This document shows positions 19,201 to 24,998 of a DNA stretch of 36,540 nt, piece after piece. A program made the position numbers and the translations under genes. Below the pieces are notes generated by a model. That model was not told the DNA's origin and made no database searches. It worked only from the letters and a program-made list of their open reading frames with translations. Source of the stretch: Gemmatimonadota bacterium (GTDB lineage Bacteria > Gemmatimonadota > Gemmatimonadetes > JACCXV01 > JAHWKZ01); contig JBDHIC010000002.1 in the NCBI GenBank assembly GCA_039589035.1, positions 1 to 36,540 of the forward strand, written 5' to 3'. Position 1 is the stretch's first letter. Every line of letters begins with the position of its first letter.

Positions 19201-19568
19201 TCAGCGTCCAGAATGGCCTGGATCAGATCTTGATCGGCTGAAGGGTCGTGATCGGGGTCGCTCCGGACGTAGCTGGCGAAGACCTCATCGTGGGCCGTTA
19301 CGATAAACGCCGAGATTACATGGGGGTCGTTTCTGAGGTTGGCCAGGTGCTCTTCGGCAGCTCTGTCGTCTTCGCGGATTAGATCTTGCCCGGTACCGCT
19401 GGCGACGATCTCGGCGATCGTAGAGACATCTTCGACGAGATCCTTGCGCTGTCCGACTATATCGGTGATCAGGTAGACCGCGGAGGCCAGCAGCAGCACG
19501 ATTATGCTGGTGGCCACCATGATGGCGGTGAGCTTGAACCGGATCGACACGGTTGGTACGAAGCGCAT
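16263..19568 (-). CDS. Hybrid sensor histidine kinase: TM - periplasmic/CHASE8-like sensor - TM - HAMP - HisKA - HATPase - REC x3 - HPt
   Basis: 1101 aa. H-box 'SHEIRTPMNG'. ATPase 'GGTGLGLAISKQL'. Three receivers ('VLVVDDSQ..ILDMKMP', 'VLLAEDNAVN..LMDCEMP', 'VLLAEDNTTS..LMDCQMP'). C-terminal HPt 'AAHTLKSSSASLG'. Confidence 0.9.
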   Translation of the reverse strand: MRFVPTVSIRFKLTAIMVATSIIVLLLASAVYLITDIVGQRKDLVEDVSTIAEIVASGTGQDLIREDDRAAEEHLANLRNDPHVISAFIVTAHDEVFASYVRSDPDHDPSADQDLIQAILDADPQLLAGAVHHRFSRDALDLTKKIVVDGQTVGTLWIRSDLGVLRSRIESYGDVGGIVLISLSLLAFILSAMFQRRISDPIRSLTNVMKKISIDGDYSVQAEARKSKDEIGTLISGFNQMLSHIQAQSIQLAQHSDFLENEVEKRTQANVELQQAKESADAANNAKSDFLAKMSHEIRTPMNGVLGMTELLLQTELSESQHELATTVRKSGETLLELINSILDFSKIEAGKLVLEEVEFDLWMLIDEAVGMFAEEAYKKDIELACEIASEVPRRVVGDPGRLRQVIVNLTSNAIKFTQEGEVVVSAWCPQQYDSHTTLQVEVKDTGVGISPEARERVFNLFDQADSSTSRRFGGTGLGLAISKQLAEAMGGEIGADSKEGGGSTFWFRIQLANVAGLETETGRADYLQLRGLHVLVVDDSQTNREILENQLRSLGMRTDCSADGFEAIAMLRRAVSADDPFDLAILDMKMPGMDGLELTYAIRSDPSLAKTQLVLLTSLGFERDSQLLRDQGVLCCLTKPVSQTQLFEKLAAYVSPSSEQQLARSELGGAQGSLRNDDTTGVRVLLAEDNAVNQQVALAMLGKLGCETTVVGTGIAALEAFDKESFHLILMDCEMPEMDGFEATRRIREHETQNGDQPIPIIALTAYALQRTRDACFAAGMNDFLSKPYSCNELQETIVRWIGQQPREESPMKTSEPSDTQERESLGLRVLLAEDNTTSQDLISIMVKKLGCEVDVVRDGAQLLDVVGKAEYDVILMDCQMPGLDGFEAARALRAREITITDKEPIPIIAVTGHELNSQSEGGLPFGMNDYLRKPFRLNDLAETLKRWMPNGLDPQIDEQDDQVQPVQAPAQAVVLDASRLAEIRSLMTDDDSEFLQNIIEQFISDTGDLIQEMKAALRANDAPALKVAAHTLKSSSASLGATDLSALCKEVQALAADGSVEPAESIVVQIESEFAAVIVALRAEVQPPVPDPARLANTA

Positions 19569-19650
19569 TCGAACGAGGTTGGTGACCCAACCCTCCGTCG
19601 GAGGAGAGTTAACCGCTAAACCAGGCGGGGGATTTCCGCTCTATCTATGG

Positions 19651-19665
19651 GCAAGCAACGTGCCA
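19651..19665 (-). promoter_or_regulatory. Sigma54 (-24/-12) promoter for the kinase/GGDEF-EAL operon
   Basis: The minus strand reads CTGGCACGTTGCTTGCC, i.e. TGGCAC-N5-TTGC with correct spacing, about 85-95 nt upstream of the kinase ATG (19568). Confidence 0.55.
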
Positions 19666-19710
19666 GTGGTGCGAAGCGTCACAACAGTGGCAACAGCGGT
19701 CATCTATCGA

Positions 19711-19724
19711 GGCAATTCATTGCC
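19711..19724. repeat. 14-bp inverted repeat GGCAAT-TC-ATTGCC (candidate regulator/UAS site), with a further GGCAA half-site at 19689-19693
   Basis: Perfect 6+6 palindrome read directly, lying about 50-60 bp upstream (minus sense) of the sigma54 -24 element. Confidence 0.3.
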
Positions 19725-20084
19725 ACAGGCTGAAATCGGGTACCCGGATGAGGCCTGTCGGCGTCGCGTTGCTACTGGTGGATTTCTTCGGTCTGCGTGG
19801 CTTTTGGGGATTCGCGGCAGGGTCGTTTGGTCGCAGTCCGGTACTATGCCGATTTCGACCACGTGCGGTCGAAACGCTCTATGTGTACGGGATTCTGAAA
19901 AATCGTTGCGCCGTCGGGTCACTAGTCTCGATTTCTGATCTGCAAATGGCCCCTAGAATGGGCCCCCGAAGTCGCGACTCGTTAGGAGGGCGTGACTCGC
20001 CACTAATCCGTGCATTTTGAGATAGCAGAGCTACTGACGGTGTTGCCGTAAATTGTTGAGTACGAATCGTTTTAGCGTTGCTGT

Positions 20085-20098
20085 GGAAAAGGTTTTCC
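20085..20098. repeat. 14-bp inverted repeat GGAAAA-GG-TTTTCC abutting the -35 box of the lipoprotein promoter
   Basis: Perfect 6+6 palindrome ending 12 nt upstream of TTGACT (20110). Candidate operator or activator site. Confidence 0.3.
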
Positions 20099-20109
20099 TA
20101 ACAAATATC

Positions 20110-20138
20110 TTGACTTTTTACGCCCATAGCGGTCTAAT
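20110..20138 (+). promoter_or_regulatory. Sigma70-like promoter (TTGACT - 17 nt - TCTAAT)
   Basis: -35 TTGACT at 20110-20115, 17-nt spacer, -10 TCTAAT at 20133-20138, in an AT-richer stretch. The predicted TSS near 20145 lies just upstream of the riboswitch-like element. Confidence 0.5.
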
Positions 20139-20150
20139 ACTAGCGTAATA

Positions 20151-20236
20151 CCCCATCCGATAAGGGCGATCCGGCCGGGAGGTCGGTCCGCAAAGCTACG
20201 GGTCTCGTCGAGATGGCCGGGCTGCCGAACATGGGG
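20151..20236 (+). promoter_or_regulatory. Candidate c-di-GMP-I (GEMM-I) riboswitch aptamer
   Basis: Closing helix CCCCAU(20151-56)/AUGGGG(20231-36). GGGCGAUCC junction. GNRA-capped hairpin CCGGCC-GGGA-GGUCGG (20171-86). Invariant-looking CGCAAAGC (20189-96). Second hairpin GGUCU-CGUCG-AGAU. 3' box GCCGGGCUGCCGA (20216-28). Same order as in Vc2-type GEMM-I RNAs as I recall them. Not verified with a covariance model. Confidence 0.6.
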
Positions 20237-20278
20237 TTGTCGGCCGACGACCTCAACACTTCACTGAAGAGGCAAATC

Positions 20279-21349
20279 ATGAATCGCACTGCAGGTTGGG
20301 TCCTAGGACTCGCCGTCCTGGGGTGGCTTACCGTGGGCTGTTCGGATAACTCGGGTCCGGTTGGAATATCATCGTTCGAGTCGAACGGGATCACGCTGGC
20401 TGCGGTATCTGAAGTGATCGATTTTGAGGGTGTACCGGAGGGAACTCAAAACCCGGTTGTATTTGGCGACGGTGGGAGCGGGCCGATCGCGACATCGGCG
20501 GGACCGGCCACGGCCTCGTGTCCCGACGCCGACACGGCGATCATCTACGACACGTCGGCAGGACCGGGTGCTGACCCCGATCTCGATGCTCAACCGGCGC
20601 AAGCGAATGTCCTCATCGTCGAGGAGGACTTGGCAGACACCGACGGTGATGGTGACCCCGACGATTGCTTCGACGGGGGGAACCTGACGATCGACTTCTC
20701 TGGCGTGGATGCCGCAGGGGTGACGGCCGAGTCGGTGGTGGTGCTGGACATCGAACAGGCCACTGGAGCCAACACGATCGACCTGTTGGGTCCAGGTGAC
20801 GCATTTATTACCTCGATTGACATCCCCTTCACTGGTGATGGAGGGATCACTGGACCAATCAACCTCGGTCCGACCGCTGGCGTCGTGAAGATGGTCTTCC
20901 ACTTCGTGACCTCGGGCGCAGTTGATGACCTCGTCTTCACACCACCCGATCGCGGGAATCAAGGGTGCACGCCAGGGAAGTGGAAGAACTGGACCGGCCT
21001 CAAGAGCCAGGCAAACATCTGGCCACCGACTGGTTACTCGCAGGGTCAATCGGTTGGTTCCGTGTTTACGGGTGTTCACGCGACTCTCGCCGGGACTACG
21101 CTCCTCGACGCGTTGGATGGTGGCGGTGGCCCTGGAATCATAGGCAAGCAGAAGATCCTCTTGCGGGCGGCTGTTGCGGCTCTCCTCAACGCGTCACACC
21201 CGGGAGTTGCCTATCCGCTCACCGAGGCAGAGGTCATCGCCATGGTCAATGCGGCACTGGCGGCGGGCACAGAAGGCGCATTGACGGACCTGGCGACCGA
21301 GCTTGACGACTACAACAACCTTGGTTGCCCGAGTGGTGATTTGACCTAG
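20279..21349 (+). CDS. Acidic lipoprotein of unknown function (riboswitch-controlled candidate)
   Basis: ATG 20279 six nt after GAAGAGG. Signal peptide and lipobox 'LGWLTVGC'. Asp/Gly-rich 'EEDLADTDGDGDPDDCFDGG'. C-terminal Cys-containing domain 'GCTPGKWKNWTG...LGCPSGD'. No family recognised. Confidence 0.75.
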   Translation: MNRTAGWVLGLAVLGWLTVGCSDNSGPVGISSFESNGITLAAVSEVIDFEGVPEGTQNPVVFGDGGSGPIATSAGPATASCPDADTAIIYDTSAGPGADPDLDAQPAQANVLIVEEDLADTDGDGDPDDCFDGGNLTIDFSGVDAAGVTAESVVVLDIEQATGANTIDLLGPGDAFITSIDIPFTGDGGITGPINLGPTAGVVKMVFHFVTSGAVDDLVFTPPDRGNQGCTPGKWKNWTGLKSQANIWPPTGYSQGQSVGSVFTGVHATLAGTTLLDALDGGGGPGIIGKQKILLRAAVAALLNASHPGVAYPLTEAEVIAMVNAALAAGTEGALTDLATELDDYNNLGCPSGDLT

Positions 21350-21399
21350 GTCATCGATTTCTGCGGTCGGAACGGCCGCAGCACTTCAATCCCCCGTGC

Positions 21400-21440
21400 G
21401 AAGGGGCCCTCGATTCGAGGGCCCCTTCTTTTTGTGTTTG
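21400..21440 (+). terminator. Rho-independent terminator of the lipoprotein gene
   Basis: Perfect 13-bp stem GAAGGGGCCCTCG / CGAGGGCCCCTTC with a 3-nt loop, followed by TTTTTGTGTTTG. Confidence 0.85.
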
Positions 21441-21443
21441 ACG

Positions 21444-24005
21444 CTAACTGGGAAGCTTGGCTTGCAGTCGCTTGAGGGCGGCCAGCAGATCGGGCGAGTC
21501 TTGCAGCACACCGCGAAAGGGATCGCTCTTCAGTTGACCTACACGTCGCGGCACCGAGCGGATGGTGTAGCGGTGGATGTCCAACCCCAACTTGATCTCG
21601 CTCCACTTGAGCGGCGTCGACACCGGGGCGCCGGCGATCGGCCGGATGCTGAATGGTGCTACAAGTAACTGCCCGCGGCGATTCTGTAAGTAATCCAGGT
21701 ACACCTTGCCCTCGCGATCGGCGATCGTGCGGGTGAGGGTGGCGATGTCGGAGTGGCGGGCGACGACGACCTGCGACAAGAGCTCGCCCAAGGCTCGCGA
21801 CATCGCATAGTCAAAGCGACCATCGAGCGGGACCAGCACGTGGAGCCCGGTCGACCCGCTCGTCTTCACGTAGGCTGGTAGCTCGATCTCTTTGCATAAA
21901 CTGTGGATAGCCCGTGCGACTTCGACCACGTTCTCAAATGGAGCATCCTTGGGATCGAGGTCCAGGATGCACCAGTCGGGGTAGTCGAGCGACTCAACCC
22001 GGCTGGCCCAGATGTGAAGCGGGATCGTGGCCATGTTGGCCAGATACAGCAGAGTCGGGAGATCGTCGCACACCACGTAAGCGAGCTCGCGCTCGGAGTG
22101 CTCGCTCCAGATCGGGACGGTGCGGATCCAGTCGGGGACGAAACCTGGGGTGTTCTTCTGGTAGAACGAGTCGCCTTCGATTCCGTCCGGAAAACGGGTC
22201 AGGACCAGCGGTCGATCGCGAAGGTAGGGGAGTAATGCCGGGGCGATCTTCCGGTAGTACTCGAACAAGTCGCGCTTGGTGTACCCATCGTCCGGCCAGA
22301 AGACCTTGTCGGGGTTCGATAAGCGCACTTCACCGGTCGCCGGTTGTTCGATTTCACTGTTCGTAGCATCGGACCTCCGGACAGGCGCGGCCGACGCTGC
22401 CGCCTGATCCTCATCGGACCACGGCAGCTCGCATTCGGTGGGCTGCTTGTCATCGCGCAGGCGTAGAAACGCCGGTTGCCGGAGCAGCCCCTCCTCGGTC
22501 GCCTCGAGATACCGGACCTCGCAAATCAGATCGGGCTCGACCCAACGGTGGGCGGCTCCGGGTGGTGTCGGTCCGGTGAAGGGTGGGGTCTCGCGGTGGA
22601 GTTCATCCAGTGTCTCACGCAGGGAACGGAGCAAAACGTTGCTGAACCCGGTCCCGACTCGGCCTGCGTAACGCAACTCGTCATCTCGGTAGCCGCCGAG
22701 GTGCAACGCACCGAATCCGGTCCGTGACCCCTTGGGCAATGTGTAGCCGACGATCACGAAATCAGCGGTACGATCGGCGCGGACCTTGATCCAGTCACCC
22801 GATCGAGCACCACGATAGCGGCTGTCGGCCTTTTTGCCGACGACACCTTCGAGCCCCAGGCCGACGATCTGATGATAGAGATCCTCGCCGGTTTCGTCGA
22901 AATGCTCGACGTAGCGGAGCGGTCCAGTGGGGGGCAGAACCGTCTGCAGCAGTTGCTTGCGCTCGGTCAGCGGAAGTGACCGCAGGTCGTGACCCAACGC
23001 GGCCAGAATATCGAATACGTAGAACGTCGTCGGCTGATGTCGCGAGGTGCGCTGGATGTCGATCGCTCGCGTCAGCCGGGCGCGCTTCTGAAGCTGCTGA
23101 AAGCTGGGCAGCCCGGCGTCGTCGTGGGCGACGACCTCGCCGTCCAGGATTAGCTCGTCGTACGGCAACGCGGCGATCGCCGCAGCCAGCTCGGGGAAGC
23201 TCGGCGTCGCGTCGTTGCCATTTCGGGTTATCAGCTCGACGCCAGCGGCCGATCTGCCGCCCAGCATCCGATAGCCGTCGAGCTTGAGCTCGAAGACCCA
23301 CCCCGGTTTGGAGAACGGCTCTCGACGCGAGCGGGCCAGCATCATCTTGACCGTCGGTGCGCGCAGTGCGCGTCGCGGCGCTCCTAGTTCCTCCAAGCGT
23401 CGTTTCAGGTCTGCACCGGGATCGTACTCCTCGCCCAGCTGTTCGACCGTGAGCCCCGAGTGGACCGATTCTGGCGGCAGATCGTCCACACCTCCGGGGT
23501 CGTCTGGAGCGCGTTGGGCGTACTTCTTTTCACGGATCATCAACCATTCGTTTTCGCTCTTCTTGAGCTTCACCAGCGTCCACACTCCGCGCAGCTTGTA
23601 ACCGCGGAGCTCGAACAGGAGCTTGCCGGCTTCCAGTCCCTCGATCGGATCGTCCAGTGGGCGCCAAATGCCAAGGTCCCAAATGATCATTGCGCCGGCG
23701 CCGTAGCTGCCAGCCGGAATGACGTCCTCGAAGTCGATGTACTCGATGGGGTGATCTTCGACGTGCACGGCGAGGCGCTTGTCGGCTGGGTCCAACGATG
23801 GGCCCTTGGGGACAGCCCACGATTTGAGAACGCCGCCCATCTCGAGTCGCAGGTCGTAGTGCAGTCTGCGGGCCGCGTGTTTGTGAACGACAAACCCGCC
23901 ACCAGCTAACTGGCTGTCCGGCCGGGAGGCTAGCCCCGCGGGTTCCGGCGTCTTCGCGGCCGTTCGTTTGGCCTTGTACTCGCCTAGAGGATCGCGTTTT
24001 GGCAC
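21444..24005 (-). CDS. ligD: Multidomain NHEJ DNA ligase D (3'-phosphoesterase - ATP-dependent ligase - primase/polymerase)
   Basis: 853 aa. N-terminal PE domain 'FVVHKHAARRLHYDLRLE...SWAVPKGPS'. Ligase motif I 'ELKLDGYR'. C-terminal LigD polymerase domain 'LSNPDKVFWP...YYRKIAP...LTRFPDGI...DLDP'. GTG start. Confidence 0.9.
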   Translation of the reverse strand: MPKRDPLGEYKAKRTAAKTPEPAGLASRPDSQLAGGGFVVHKHAARRLHYDLRLEMGGVLKSWAVPKGPSLDPADKRLAVHVEDHPIEYIDFEDVIPAGSYGAGAMIIWDLGIWRPLDDPIEGLEAGKLLFELRGYKLRGVWTLVKLKKSENEWLMIREKKYAQRAPDDPGGVDDLPPESVHSGLTVEQLGEEYDPGADLKRRLEELGAPRRALRAPTVKMMLARSRREPFSKPGWVFELKLDGYRMLGGRSAAGVELITRNGNDATPSFPELAAAIAALPYDELILDGEVVAHDDAGLPSFQQLQKRARLTRAIDIQRTSRHQPTTFYVFDILAALGHDLRSLPLTERKQLLQTVLPPTGPLRYVEHFDETGEDLYHQIVGLGLEGVVGKKADSRYRGARSGDWIKVRADRTADFVIVGYTLPKGSRTGFGALHLGGYRDDELRYAGRVGTGFSNVLLRSLRETLDELHRETPPFTGPTPPGAAHRWVEPDLICEVRYLEATEEGLLRQPAFLRLRDDKQPTECELPWSDEDQAAASAAPVRRSDATNSEIEQPATGEVRLSNPDKVFWPDDGYTKRDLFEYYRKIAPALLPYLRDRPLVLTRFPDGIEGDSFYQKNTPGFVPDWIRTVPIWSEHSERELAYVVCDDLPTLLYLANMATIPLHIWASRVESLDYPDWCILDLDPKDAPFENVVEVARAIHSLCKEIELPAYVKTSGSTGLHVLVPLDGRFDYAMSRALGELLSQVVVARHSDIATLTRTIADREGKVYLDYLQNRRGQLLVAPFSIRPIAGAPVSTPLKWSEIKLGLDIHRYTIRSVPRRVGQLKSDPFRGVLQDSPDLLAALKRLQAKLPS

Positions 24006-24106
24006 AGCCCTAGCTTATATTCTTGCGTTCCATCCTTCACGAGTCACAGCTCCGGGTGCGTGTCGACCACCCGAGCTGGCGGACGATCAACCAGGAGGAA
24101 TCGCAT

Positions 24107-24964
24107 ATGGCGGCGCGCCCCATGGGATCGGCGACTATTTCGTTCGGGCTGGTTTCGGTGCCGGTCAAGCTCTACTCGACCTCGGAGAGTTCTCGCCGCA
24201 TTGCGTTCAACTGGATCCACGCTGAGTGCAATTCGCGCGTCCAGCAGCGATTCTGGTGTCCGGTGGACGAACAGATCGTTGAGCGGGATGAGCTCATGAA
24301 GGGCTATGAGTTTGCCAAGGATCAGTACGTGCTCTTCTCGCCCGAAGAGCTCAAGGTGCTCGACGCGCAGGCGACCAACAGCATCGATATCGCGGAGTTC
24401 GTTCCGCTCGAGAAGGTCGAACGGCTATACCTTGATCGAGCGTACTATCTCGGTCCCGAAGGCGGGGGCGAGCGGGCGTACCGGCTGTTGAGCGCGACGC
24501 TTCGCGAGACCGGCCGCGCGGCCCTCGGGAGCTACGCCGCGCGGGGCAAGCAGTATCTCGTCCTGGTGCGACCGATCGAAGACGGACTCGTGATGGAGCA
24601 GCTTCGATACGCGGACGAGATCCGCCCCTTCTCCGAGGTCCCGATCGGTGACGGCGAGGTAAAGAAGGAAGAGATGAAGCTCGCCGTTCAGCTGGTCGAG
24701 CAGGGATCGAATGACGAATACGATCCCAAGCAGTACACGGACGAAGTGCACGGACGGGTCATGGCGCTGATCGAGCAGAAGATCGAGGGTGAGGAGATCA
24801 CCGCCGCCCCGGAGCCCAAGGCGGATACGAAGATCATCGACCTCATGGATGCTTTGAAGGCCAGCCTCTCGGAGCCCGAGAAGCCGCAAAAGAAGGCCCG
24901 CAAGTCGGCCAAGCGAACGGCGAGTCGGAAAAAGACGAAAGCACGCAAGTCGAGTGGAGGCTGA
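24107..24964 (+). CDS. ku: Ku DNA end-binding protein with basic C-terminal tail
   Basis: AGGAGGAA RBS 6 nt before ATG 24107. 'ISFGLVSVPVKLYS...' Ku core. Lys/Arg-rich tail 'KPQKKARKSAKRTASRKKTKARK'. Divergent from ligD. Confidence 0.9.
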   Translation: MAARPMGSATISFGLVSVPVKLYSTSESSRRIAFNWIHAECNSRVQQRFWCPVDEQIVERDELMKGYEFAKDQYVLFSPEELKVLDAQATNSIDIAEFVPLEKVERLYLDRAYYLGPEGGGERAYRLLSATLRETGRAALGSYAARGKQYLVLVRPIEDGLVMEQLRYADEIRPFSEVPIGDGEVKKEEMKLAVQLVEQGSNDEYDPKQYTDEVHGRVMALIEQKIEGEEITAAPEPKADTKIIDLMDALKASLSEPEKPQKKARKSAKRTASRKKTKARKSSGG

Positions 24965-24998
24965 CCAGGGCGGGGAACAGGAGGCCAAGGTCCCCGAG

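Noticed and set aside
19504-20020. ORFs of 72-144 aa inside the long intergenic region (19504..19938, 19704..19922, 19748..20020).
   Set aside because: Implausible composition (Arg/Cys/Trp/Gly-rich), no RBS, and overlap with promoter and palindrome elements. Treated as non-coding.
21444-24964. ligD/ku considered as part of a mobile or defence island.
   Set aside because: No integrase, transposase, tRNA target, direct repeats or compositional shift flank them. Domain content is the ordinary PE-ligase-polymerase LigD plus Ku NHEJ pair.
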